IMG/VR virus record: IMGVR_UViG_3300017917_002441 | Location: 1-64,000 of that record | Length of the DNA stretch: 64,000 bases | Strand: one strand, 5' to 3' | Origin: a virus | The notes under the pieces: model-generated | Databases searched by the model: none | Seen by the model: only the letters and a program-made list of their open reading frames with translations | Told to the model about the DNA's origin: nothing | Position numbers and translations under genes: made by a program | Shown here: in pieces, positions 41,848 through 51,016 of the stretch | Numbering within the stretch: the first letter of the stretch is position 1 | Layout: the number at the start of each line of letters is the position of its first letter

Positions 41848-42210
41848 ATGATTAAAGGAATCGGACCCAGTGGCAAGTACATCACTACATCTGGTGGTGG
41901 TGGTGCTACTTCTACATACGTAAACAATTATGGCAGTGCCATGGGCACAGGCAACATGCGCTACAACACTTCTAGTCAAAACATCGAAGTATGGGATGGT
42001 AGTAACTGGATTATGTTAAACATGGGTTATGCCAGTGTGGGACTTACTGATGAAGCAGAGTCTTTGCTAGACTGGGCAAAACAAAAACGGGCCGAAGAAT
42101 TTGAAATCAATGAATTGGCCAAGAGCAATGCCACCTTGGCAGATGCAGTGGCAGTGTTAAAGCAAGCACAAGAACAAGTTAAAATTTTAGCAGCCTTGGT
42201 AAAAGAATGA
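41848..42210 (+). CDS. Hypothetical protein
   Basis: ORF in operon. Confidence 0.7.
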   Translation: MIKGIGPSGKYITTSGGGGATSTYVNNYGSAMGTGNMRYNTSSQNIEVWDGSNWIMLNMGYASVGLTDEAESLLDWAKQKRAEEFEINELAKSNATLADAVAVLKQAQEQVKILAALVKE

Positions 42211-43256
42211 CGCTGAAAATCAATGCATCTGGTTTGCTAGAAAATTTTATCAATAGATATTTGATCTGGCGCGACTTTCAAAATTTCTATAACACTGCCA
42301 GCGAACCAGTTGCGAAGATAGCCAAGGACGGTATTCCTTGTTTTGGGTATTGGGAAATTAACAAGATAAATGCTAGCACTGCTCCGTTGGTTGCAATAGA
42401 CTGCATGACCGAAGGAATACATTCTAGAAAAACATTTGATCACTATCGTGCAGACAAAAAATATATAATTTTTTGCAACGGTGACTGGGACCCAACGTAC
42501 TATGATTTAAAGATTGATTATGTTGTGGTACCTCATTTGTTTTTTCTGTTTGAGATGGCTGACACTTACAACAGTCCAAATCGTTTTTGTTATTTTACAG
42601 ACAAAGTTTATGACTTTGATTGCCACAAAGAGTATGAGTTTGTGACCACAATTGGCAACGTTCGTCCCGAGAGAACTAAGTTAGTAGATAAACTAGTAGA
42701 AATTGCCAAGCACAAAAAATGTATTGTTCGATACAGTGGCCAGGATTATGCAGAGCCCAGCGACCATCTTGATGTAATAAAATTCACCCCTGGAGAGTTT
42801 GACCCTTACATTGATGTTCAGCCAACACACTATCATAATGTAAGTCAAACCTTGCCCATGAAAATGTATAACTTGGCTCGATTTAACCTGGCAGTTGAGA
42901 CTGACATTGATTTCCAGCACTCGTTTTTTCTGACAGAAAAAACAATCAAAGTGTTGTTGACTGGTATGCCGTTTGTATCAATGAATCATCCAAATTTTTT
43001 ACCAAGGCTACACAAACTTGGGTTTACTACATACGGAGAGTTGTGGGACGAAAGTTATGACCAGGAAGTTGATTTTGACAAGCGCCTAGAAAAAGTTGTA
43101 CAATTGTGCAACAAGCTATGTAACTTTGATTGGGAAGGCAATCGTGATAAGTTAGAGTTGATTAAATTAAAGAATCAATCAAATTTTTTAAACTTAAATC
43201 ATGTATGCAATAAAGAATTTTTACGGTTTGAACAAATAATAAAAGATATAACATGA
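42207..43256 (+). CDS. Putative glycosyltransferase, 'TEK' family paralog 3
   Basis: LAVET..FLTEKT..MPF..LGF.TY..WDESYD. Confidence 0.5.
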   Translation: MTLKINASGLLENFINRYLIWRDFQNFYNTASEPVAKIAKDGIPCFGYWEINKINASTAPLVAIDCMTEGIHSRKTFDHYRADKKYIIFCNGDWDPTYYDLKIDYVVVPHLFFLFEMADTYNSPNRFCYFTDKVYDFDCHKEYEFVTTIGNVRPERTKLVDKLVEIAKHKKCIVRYSGQDYAEPSDHLDVIKFTPGEFDPYIDVQPTHYHNVSQTLPMKMYNLARFNLAVETDIDFQHSFFLTEKTIKVLLTGMPFVSMNHPNFLPRLHKLGFTTYGELWDESYDQEVDFDKRLEKVVQLCNKLCNFDWEGNRDKLELIKLKNQSNFLNLNHVCNKEFLRFEQIIKDIT

Positions 43257-43831
43257 GTGCAGACATTGACATTGATGTGCCCAATCGTGATGCTGTATTA
43301 AAACTGATACAGCATGTACCAGCACGTCAAACACATGACGGGAAAGTTCGTCGTCACAACTCAGGAATCTATGTCACAGCTATCCCGCAAGATCCCATGC
43401 ATGAGTGTGCGGCGTTGGATTATCAAGAAGCTGAACAGCGTGGGTATTTCAAAATTGACTTGTTGAACATGAGTGTGTATCAGCTGGTCAAGGATCCTGC
43501 ACACTATGAAAAGATGTTGACTGCAACACCCCCGTGGTCAAGACTATGGACTGACACAGCGTGGACACAGCAATTGGTGCATGTGGGAAACTATACAGAT
43601 TTATTAAAAAAGATGCAGCCAGATTCTATTCCAAGAATGGCAGCATTTATCAGTATTATTAGACCAGGCAAGGCCCACTTGCAAAATCAACCCTGGGATC
43701 AAGTTTTTAAATCAGTGTGGGATGGTGACGACAGTAAGGGTTACACGTTTAAAAAGAGCCATGCTGTGAGTTATGCGGCTCTTGTTGCTTTGCACATGAA
43801 TCTACTCAATCAAAATTCAGCGCCGGAATAA
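43253..43831 (+). CDS. Miniature DNA polymerase III alpha (DnaE)-like catalytic fragment
   Basis: DIDID, HNSGIYV, GYFKIDLL, IRPG and YTFKKSHAVSYA in DnaE order within 192 aa. Confidence 0.85.
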   Translation: MSADIDIDVPNRDAVLKLIQHVPARQTHDGKVRRHNSGIYVTAIPQDPMHECAALDYQEAEQRGYFKIDLLNMSVYQLVKDPAHYEKMLTATPPWSRLWTDTAWTQQLVHVGNYTDLLKKMQPDSIPRMAAFISIIRPGKAHLQNQPWDQVFKSVWDGDDSKGYTFKKSHAVSYAALVALHMNLLNQNSAPE

Positions 43832-44540
43832 CAAACTGCTCTGCAAATAGTTTGTGAGCTTTGCTGGTTGGATGAGAAGTGCAGTCCATTTCGCCAAGTT
43901 GATTAGCAAATTCTCCCAAACAGTTGCGTTGACGGTCAATAAAAACCCACTGGTCAAAGCTATAATTTTTATACGCAGGCACATCTTGTAAAAAGTAGTC
44001 CATACAGTAGTCTCCTGTAATAGGCGAAGATTCTACTGCATGATTCCACTGATTAACATAGCCAGCAAATCTGTACTGATATTGATTTGCTTTTAGATAA
44101 CTTTCCAAGTTAACGATATATGACAGTGAGTCTTTACACAGTGATACTGGGTCTGCTAGTTTGTAAGCCCACTCAAAGATTTGTTTTGTGGAAGAGTTAG
44201 TTATCCAACTGTTTGTTAATCCGCCACTAAAAAGATAATACTCGTCGGGACTGTTGGATATGCAACATCTATATCCTTGTTTGAGGTGATAATACCATTC
44301 CCCAGACAGCCTAATGTCTTTTCTCCCGGTGCCAGACCACATGATAACAACAATGGTTTCTGCTGGGTTTAGTTGAGCTGATGCAAGATAGTCAATGGTG
44401 CTGTTAGCAATGTAAAAATTTCCAGCGCCACCTTGTGCTAGATTTTTATAAGTGCTGGGAGTTAGGGAAGAGTTAACGTAGTGCGCCCAAGATTTGCCCT
44501 GTGTAAATGAACAACCGTTTACAACAAGGTTTTTTATCAT
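43806..44540 (-). CDS. SGNH/GDSL-like protein
   Basis: NGCSFT, NLAQGGAGN and D..HPT..AH. Confidence 0.6.
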   Translation of the reverse strand: MIKNLVVNGCSFTQGKSWAHYVNSSLTPSTYKNLAQGGAGNFYIANSTIDYLASAQLNPAETIVVIMWSGTGRKDIRLSGEWYYHLKQGYRCCISNSPDEYYLFSGGLTNSWITNSSTKQIFEWAYKLADPVSLCKDSLSYIVNLESYLKANQYQYRFAGYVNQWNHAVESSPITGDYCMDYFLQDVPAYKNYSFDQWVFIDRQRNCLGEFANQLGEMDCTSHPTSKAHKLFAEQFVIPALNFD

Positions 44541-44917
44541 TAATCAATTCTCCGTACCAGGGTAATTGATTTACGTTTGGTTTTCTTACGGGAGATATCC
44601 ATTAAGCTACATACTGGACCATGAATGATTTCTAAATCTTTATTGCTGAATGTACGTAGTGTAAAGCGGAATTGGTCCCACTCACTGCGTAAGAAGATGT
44701 TTATGGGTATGCTACGATTGCTCTCCCACCACCAAACACTGGCCAGCTCTAAGAACTGTACTTTGCTGGCTTGATCTACCACAGCACCAAAGTCGTAGAT
44801 GGTGGTAACAGCATCGTCCCTGTTCTGTATTACCCCTACGTATTCTTGATTAGCGTATAAACAAAGCGTTATAAAGGGGTACTTTTCAGCTAGTTTGTCA
44901 AACAGTGTATTGCCCAT
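44540..44917 (-). CDS. Hypothetical protein
   Basis: ORF coupled to 43806; WWWESNRSIPINIFL. Confidence 0.7.
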   Translation of the reverse strand: MGNTLFDKLAEKYPFITLCLYANQEYVGVIQNRDDAVTTIYDFGAVVDQASKVQFLELASVWWWESNRSIPINIFLRSEWDQFRFTLRTFSNKDLEIIHGPVCSLMDISRKKTKRKSITLVRRID

Positions 44918-44938
44918 AAATATTATTCGAGGATTCCT

Positions 44939-46006
44939 ATGTATTCAACCACTGCGTACTTATACCAACAAATAACCCGGGTACTTTTGATAGATACCAG
45001 TGGAGCCTACTTTATTGCGAGGTACGACCCTGTGTATGCTAAAACCCTAACTGTTAACAAAGGCGTGGATAACGTTCTACTCTTTGAATTTATCAATCAA
45101 GACCAAAAGCCTGTTAATATCACAGGTTCAAGTTTTGTGTTCCGCTTGCTGAGCCAAGACGGTACTGAACTGTTGCTGGAAAAAGCCATGGAGACTTTGG
45201 CACCCAGCGTAGGTCGTGTAAAAGTTGTGCTGAACACCACAGACACAATTAACATCACAGCACAACCTGCCAGCTACAGCATACAACGCACATCTGGAAA
45301 CTATGTGCAAGCAGTGTATGTTGATGCCAATGCTGGTGCTAGAGCAGACTGCAATATTGTAGACAGCATCATGCCTGATTTTGTGCCCAGCGCAGAACTA
45401 ACTGTACCTGACATTTATGGCAAAGCACAGCAACTACAGCCTGGACCCACAAACTGGCCGGACTGGGCACTGCAACCACAACCTCAAAATACTACGCAAC
45501 TAACTGAGTTCTACTCTAGCTATATTGATTCAAGTCAACAAAATATCACAACTATCAAAATGGACATGGATCACTACACTGGTACTGTGAAGTTCCAAGC
45601 CGCAGATGACTATCAAAGCGTGTGGTACGATGTCACTGCCAGCTATGAGTTTTTGGATGAAACCAACACACAGTATTTCAATATTGTTGGGTATTATCCG
45701 CTGATGAGAGCCGCGTTTAACAATCAATTTGGTTGGGGTGCGCAAGGCACACTCAACGTCACTGATGGGGTAGTCACAAGTATCACTGTCACCAACGGTG
45801 GCCAAGGTTATTTGGCGCCACCCCGTGTGCAAATTTTGGGCAACGGTGCAGGCTGCGTAGCCGAAGCTGTGATACAAAACGGTGTTGTTGTGGGCATCAC
45901 AGTGCTGGAAGGTGGTTCTGGTTATACGCCAATCCAGTACCAAAGTACCAATTATGGTACTGCACTGATTACACCTGGTACAATTACCAACCTCCAATAT
46001 CGTTGA
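44939..46006 (+). CDS. Structural baseplate/tail-associated protein
   Basis: TAAATA at 44917; repeated ITV..GG.GY motifs typical of T4-like baseplate proteins. Confidence 0.6.
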   Translation: MYSTTAYLYQQITRVLLIDTSGAYFIARYDPVYAKTLTVNKGVDNVLLFEFINQDQKPVNITGSSFVFRLLSQDGTELLLEKAMETLAPSVGRVKVVLNTTDTINITAQPASYSIQRTSGNYVQAVYVDANAGARADCNIVDSIMPDFVPSAELTVPDIYGKAQQLQPGPTNWPDWALQPQPQNTTQLTEFYSSYIDSSQQNITTIKMDMDHYTGTVKFQAADDYQSVWYDVTASYEFLDETNTQYFNIVGYYPLMRAAFNNQFGWGAQGTLNVTDGVVTSITVTNGGQGYLAPPRVQILGNGAGCVAEAVIQNGVVVGITVLEGGSGYTPIQYQSTNYGTALITPGTITNLQYR

Positions 46007-46031
46007 CTGTTGTCAAGCAATCTGTTAACAT
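46003..46031 (+). promoter_or_regulatory. Sigma70 promoter of the primase-helicase genes
   Basis: TTGACT-N17-TAACAT. Confidence 0.6.
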
Positions 46032-46037
46032 AAGCAG

Positions 46038-47024
46038 ATGCTTGACATCTTGACGTATCTTCCTGCGAAACGAAAACAGACCCCCAGCGGCTGGATCAGT
46101 TTCAATGCACCGTGTTGTCAACACAACGGCAACACCCAGGATCGTCGTCAGCGTGGTGGTCTAAAGCCCAATGATCAAGGTTGGAGTTATCACTGTTTCA
46201 ATTGTGGATACACTGCCAGCTTTCAACTTGGGCGCAATGTTTCATTCAAGGCACGTAGACTGCTGGGTTGGATGGGAGTGCCCGACAATGAAATTGAGCA
46301 TTTGAATTTAGAAAGTATGAAGCACAGAAATGTGCATGGCATATTAAACGAACGTCAGCGGCTGAGCAATGCGCTGAGTGCCATTGAATTTGAAGAAAAG
46401 GACTTGCCGCCTTTTGCTGAATTGCTAACACCTGAGCACAAGTATTACTGGGATTATGTTCAAAGTCGATGTGTGCCTGCAGACTTTCCCATGATGGTTC
46501 AAATTGAAAACGACGGCATACATTGGACAAGATCACATGTAGTTGTGCCATTTACATACGACAATAAAGTAGTTGGTTGGACTTGTAGATTTTTAGACAA
46601 CAAACAACCCAAATACATTTCAGACAGTCAACCTGGTTATGTGTTTGGAGTAGATTTGCAACATAGTGACTGGCAACATGTGATTGTGACCGAAGGTATA
46701 TTTGATGCACTCAGCATCAACGGTGTGGCAGTGATGCACAACACCATAAGCGACGCACAGGCCAGACTGATACGCAGCCTGGACCGTGCCATTACAGTGG
46801 TTCCTGACATGGACAGTGCGGGGGTAGAGTTGATTGACCGTGCAGTGGAATTGGGGTGGGCCGTGAGCATACCTGACTGGCCCGAAGGCGTCAAGGATGT
46901 CAACGATGCTGTGATTCGTTTGGGCAAACTGCCTACACTGCTAACTATACTGCAAGCTAGAGAAACCAGTAAAATTAAGATAGAATTAAAGAGGAAGCAA
47001 CTTGTTAAAAGAATACGGAACTGA
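46038..47024 (+). CDS. DNA primase (gp61-like)
   Basis: Zinc ribbon (PCC..HCFNC); TOPRIM EGIFDA, PDMD.AG and KDVND. Confidence 0.9.
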   Translation: MLDILTYLPAKRKQTPSGWISFNAPCCQHNGNTQDRRQRGGLKPNDQGWSYHCFNCGYTASFQLGRNVSFKARRLLGWMGVPDNEIEHLNLESMKHRNVHGILNERQRLSNALSAIEFEEKDLPPFAELLTPEHKYYWDYVQSRCVPADFPMMVQIENDGIHWTRSHVVVPFTYDNKVVGWTCRFLDNKQPKYISDSQPGYVFGVDLQHSDWQHVIVTEGIFDALSINGVAVMHNTISDAQARLIRSLDRAITVVPDMDSAGVELIDRAVELGWAVSIPDWPEGVKDVNDAVIRLGKLPTLLTILQARETSKIKIELKRKQLVKRIRN

Positions 47025-48402
47025 TGTACAGCGATTGTTTCTAGAAATGATGCTGGAGGACGCACAGAGTTTTGTGCGAGTATCCAACATCTACAATGCC
47101 AGCAATTTTGATAAAAATCTGCGCCCGGCCGCAGAGTTTATTCGCGAACACAGCGACAAATTTAAAACCATGCCTGACAGACTGCAGATTGAAGCAGCCA
47201 CAGGTATAAAGTTACAGGCAGTGCCAGACTTGAACGAAGGCCACTATGAGTGGTTCATGCAAGAGTTTGAAGCATTTACCAAGCGCCAAGAACTGGAACG
47301 TGCTATTCTCAAAGCCGCTGACTTGCTGGAAAAGGGCGAGTTTGATCCCGTGGAAAAACTCATAAAGGATGCTGTACAAATTTCATTGACCAAGGACATG
47401 GGCACAGACTTTTGGATGGATCCCGAAGGCATGTTTGCCAAGTACTTTGATGCAGGTGGACAAGTTTCAACTGGTTGGCCACAACTGGACAAACTGTTGT
47501 ATGGTGGGTTCAGTCGCGGCGAACTCAACATCTTTGCAGGTGGATCAGGATCAGGTAAATCCTTGGTGATGATGAACATTGCGCTAAACTGGGTGCAACA
47601 AGGATTGAATGGTGTGTACATCACACTAGAACTTAGTGAAGAGCTCACAGGCTTGCGTACAGCGGCCATGCTGACCAACATGAGCACAAAAGATATCCGC
47701 AAAGACAAAGAAACAGCGGCGTTAAAAGTCAAGTTAGTGGGCAAGAAAGCCGGTAGCTATCAAGTCAAAGCACTGCCAGCACAGAGTAACATCAATGACA
47801 TTCGTGCATACTTGAAAGAATATCAAATCAAGAGTGGCAAGAAGGTAGACTTCATGATGATTGACTACTTAGACTTGTTGATGCCTGTCAGCGCAAAAGT
47901 CAGCCCCAATGACTTATTTGTCAAAGACAAGTATGTGTCAGAAGAACTTCGTAACCTAGCCAAGGAGCTGGGTATATTGATGGTAACTGCATCGCAGTTG
48001 AACCGTAGTGCAGTTGAGGAGATTGAGTTTGATCACTCGCATATTTCAGGTGGTATTTCAAAGATTAATACTGCGGACAACGTATTTGGTATTTTTACTA
48101 GCCGTGCTATGCGTGAGCGTGGCAAGTATCAAATTCAGTGTATGAAAAGTCGTAGTTCCACAGGTGTGGGACAAAAGATTGACTTGGAGTACAACATTGA
48201 AACCATGCGTATCACAGACGAGGGTGGCGATGAGGGAGGCTCGGGTGGATTTACCAAGAAGCCCAGTATTCTTGAGTCAATTAAAACACAGAGTCGTGTC
48301 GTGGAATCGGCGCCCGATGAAGACGCCGATGTTGGTAAAGTCACTGCCGATGTTCAAAGTGCCAAGCTCAAACAGCTACTTGGCAAAATCAAAACCAATT
48401 AA
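47002..48402 (+). CDS. Replicative DnaB-like helicase (gp41-like)
   Basis: GGSGSGKS, TLELSE, IDYLDL and TASQLNR; TTG start with GAGGA RBS. Confidence 0.92.
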   Translation: MLKEYGTDVQRLFLEMMLEDAQSFVRVSNIYNASNFDKNLRPAAEFIREHSDKFKTMPDRLQIEAATGIKLQAVPDLNEGHYEWFMQEFEAFTKRQELERAILKAADLLEKGEFDPVEKLIKDAVQISLTKDMGTDFWMDPEGMFAKYFDAGGQVSTGWPQLDKLLYGGFSRGELNIFAGGSGSGKSLVMMNIALNWVQQGLNGVYITLELSEELTGLRTAAMLTNMSTKDIRKDKETAALKVKLVGKKAGSYQVKALPAQSNINDIRAYLKEYQIKSGKKVDFMMIDYLDLLMPVSAKVSPNDLFVKDKYVSEELRNLAKELGILMVTASQLNRSAVEEIEFDHSHISGGISKINTADNVFGIFTSRAMRERGKYQIQCMKSRSSTGVGQKIDLEYNIETMRITDEGGDEGGSGGFTKKPSILESIKTQSRVVESAPDEDADVGKVTADVQSAKLKQLLGKIKTN

Positions 48403-50021
48403 GTAGTTGAACCCTTGATCACAGCAAAGCGAAGCACAAGAGCTTCGCTGAGTGAACCAGCTGTGGCATTGCGCACATAAATTGTAGCAGATCCAGCACC
48501 ACAGCTGGCAGTAAATGTATAAGCACCAACTGTGCCACCGCTTACATGGTTAATAACCAAGACGTCAGTGGCTGCAATGGTACTGTTGGTCAGTGTAAAA
48601 TTCACAATACCACCGCCGCCCAGGGCAGTGTTTTGCATGGTAATCTGACCCGAAGGCTTGTTAATAACCACTGTGTCAGTTTTGTTACCAGATTGTGATC
48701 CAGTGCCACCTGCACCTGCACCATAACCCATGGTACCGCCATCAGTTAGTATCACACCACTGCCGCCGCTGACCAAGATATTGCCGGCAGCTACATTGCC
48801 TGGGAATGTAGCTACAGTAGATGACACAGTCATGCTCAAGGTCTTGGCATTGGAGCCTGTGGCTGACGTAAACAGTTTGATGTTTGTACCCTGCGCCGAG
48901 TCAGTAAAGTTTTCAGTAGCTACTGCTTCAATTGCACAGCCAGCGCCGCCAGGAGCACCAAAGTCTGTGCCATCCCAGCCCACAAATCCAAATCTTGCCA
49001 GCACATCGCCACTTTGGATTGCTGTGGGCGCGGCCGCTGTTCCACGTGCGGCACGAGCAGTAAAAGTAGGAATAGCACCAGTACCAAATGCATCATTGAC
49101 AATACGGCTTGAAGCACCATCATTGCCGGTGATGTGAATCATGCAACCTGTGTTGGTAAGAGGTTGGTACGTAGTTGACCCTTGGATACTGAATGCACCG
49201 GCTGTATTGGCTGCCACAGTGGGAGTTTTAATTTGTAAAAATCCAGTATCTAACACCTGGAAACTAACGTTACCTGTGCTAGTGTAAGTAGAAAGATTAC
49301 CACCCACGTTGAGGTTACCACTGATACCGGTACCGCCAGCCACTGTCAGCGCACCAGTTGTTTTGCTGGTACTGGCTGTGGTGTTTAAGATGTTTACTGG
49401 GCTGTCAAAAACGTCTCGTGGACGAGTAAGTTCTTGCACTGAAATTTGTGTGCCGCCATCCGCAGTAGTAAATTCATAGATGTAAACGTTGACATAAGGA
49501 GCTGTTTGGCTAAAAGTAATGGTGTTAGATACACCAGCTGTGCCCGGACTTACTCCTTGCAATCCTTCTACGCCCACACGCACACTGGCAGGCAGTGTCA
49601 ATGTATGCGCTGTATTGGTACACACAAACGCAAAACGCAAAACGCCAACTTGCCCATCTGAAGGCCAATTGCTAAAGCTCAAGCTAACTGATCCAGAACT
49701 GGCTGGAATAGCTTGGAACATGCCTGCACTGAAATCAAGGTTGATTGATCCTGAAGTTTGTGCTAAAGTTACTTCTGTAAAGCTGTTGTTCTTGATCTGT
49801 AGATTGCTCAATATGTTGTAGTTCATATTGTTGTCGAGCACAGTACCGTCTAGTGCGGCTTTGAACACACCTTTGCTCTGTAGCTCGTTGATTTCATCAG
49901 CGGCGTACTGGAAATTGGTTTTAGTATTGGTAAAATTGTCGCGGAATCCCTGGGTATTGTTGGGCACTCCGGCAACTGGATAATTACCATCTATGTTGTT
50001 TGGGTTTATCTGACTGGTCAT
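48399..50021 (-). CDS. Tail fibre-like structural protein
   Basis: G/T/S-rich; STSKTTGALTVAGG.GI.GNL.VGG fibre motif; minus-strand TAAATA at 50045. Confidence 0.7.
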   Translation of the reverse strand: MTSQINPNNIDGNYPVAGVPNNTQGFRDNFTNTKTNFQYAADEINELQSKGVFKAALDGTVLDNNMNYNILSNLQIKNNSFTEVTLAQTSGSINLDFSAGMFQAIPASSGSVSLSFSNWPSDGQVGVLRFAFVCTNTAHTLTLPASVRVGVEGLQGVSPGTAGVSNTITFSQTAPYVNVYIYEFTTADGGTQISVQELTRPRDVFDSPVNILNTTASTSKTTGALTVAGGTGISGNLNVGGNLSTYTSTGNVSFQVLDTGFLQIKTPTVAANTAGAFSIQGSTTYQPLTNTGCMIHITGNDGASSRIVNDAFGTGAIPTFTARAARGTAAAPTAIQSGDVLARFGFVGWDGTDFGAPGGAGCAIEAVATENFTDSAQGTNIKLFTSATGSNAKTLSMTVSSTVATFPGNVAAGNILVSGGSGVILTDGGTMGYGAGAGGTGSQSGNKTDTVVINKPSGQITMQNTALGGGGIVNFTLTNSTIAATDVLVINHVSGGTVGAYTFTASCGAGSATIYVRNATAGSLSEALVLRFAVIKGSTT

Positions 50022-50044
50022 TTCACGTCCTTGTGTCGTTTAGA

Positions 50045-50074
50045 TATTTATTGCCAGTCCGAACCTGCTAAATA
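50045..50074. promoter_or_regulatory. Divergent pair of late promoter motifs
   Basis: TATTTA at 50045-50 and TAAATA at 50069-74. Confidence 0.65.
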
Positions 50075-50094
50075 ATACAAAGGCCCCTAAGAGC

Positions 50095-50343
50095 ATGCAA
50101 AAGAAAACTCGTAGCTTACTAGAAGAATTGGACTCGATGTATGTCGAGCGTGATCGCCGTTTGTTGATTGAAAATCGTGCAAATACGCTGATACAAAACG
50201 CTATTCGACTGCTGGAAGAGATTGATCAAGAATACACTCCTGAGCAAGCTGAAAATCTAACTCGCAAATTGTTGAATGCAATACGCAATAGGGAACCTGA
50301 AAAATTCGTTAGATCCGTCAGGAGAACTCATGCAGATTCGTGA
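50095..50343 (+). CDS. Hypothetical late protein
   Basis: Downstream of TAAATA. Confidence 0.7.
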   Translation: MQKKTRSLLEELDSMYVERDRRLLIENRANTLIQNAIRLLEEIDQEYTPEQAENLTRKLLNAIRNREPEKFVRSVRRTHADS

Positions 50344-51016
50344 AATAGTTACTGAAGCCGCTCCAGGCTCGGCTGGTGCTCAAGCTGGTGTTTTTGGCAA
50401 GGCTTTTGCCGGCGCATTGGGACAAAAGATTGCCCCGGGTGCTAACCTTGGTGGACCACAAGCTGGTGCAGTGGCTCCTGGACAACGTGCTCAAGCCGCA
50501 CAGCAAATCAACCAAGCCGCTGTTGCTACACTAGCCAACAAAGGACAGCAAGCTTGGGTGCAGACTCTAAAGAAAATGATAGCTCAGAGTGATAATCCTG
50601 CACTGAGCCCAGACAAATTAGATATCAATGACACCAAAGAAAGTCTTGATGACATGGTACAAACTATGCTGGGCTTTGACCCAGCTGAGATCACCAGAAT
50701 GACTTCACCTGAAGCCAAAGCAGCCGGTGAAAAACTCAACAACGGCATTGCCATGGTGCTCAAAGCTAGTTCTACCCCACAAACCAATGACACAGCAATG
50801 AAGGCAGCCTGGGCTACGTTAGCTCTGGGTATTGCTGAAGCGCAAAATGCCAAATCATTCTTTGGTGGGGGAGCCACCAAAGGACCGGGTAAATTACCCG
50901 AAGTAACAGTGGGAGCGGATGGTAAACTATTGTATGATGGCAAACCTTTCAATGCCAGCGATCCACAACATGTGACTATGTCGCAAATTTTAGCTAAACA
51001 ATCGGCAGCAAAATGA
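50330..51016 (+). CDS. Putative internal protein with CTS-like leader
   Basis: AGGAG RBS; starts MQIREIVTE-A. Confidence 0.6.
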   Translation: MQIREIVTEAAPGSAGAQAGVFGKAFAGALGQKIAPGANLGGPQAGAVAPGQRAQAAQQINQAAVATLANKGQQAWVQTLKKMIAQSDNPALSPDKLDINDTKESLDDMVQTMLGFDPAEITRMTSPEAKAAGEKLNNGIAMVLKASSTPQTNDTAMKAAWATLALGIAEAQNAKSFFGGGATKGPGKLPEVTVGADGKLLYDGKPFNASDPQHVTMSQILAKQSAAK

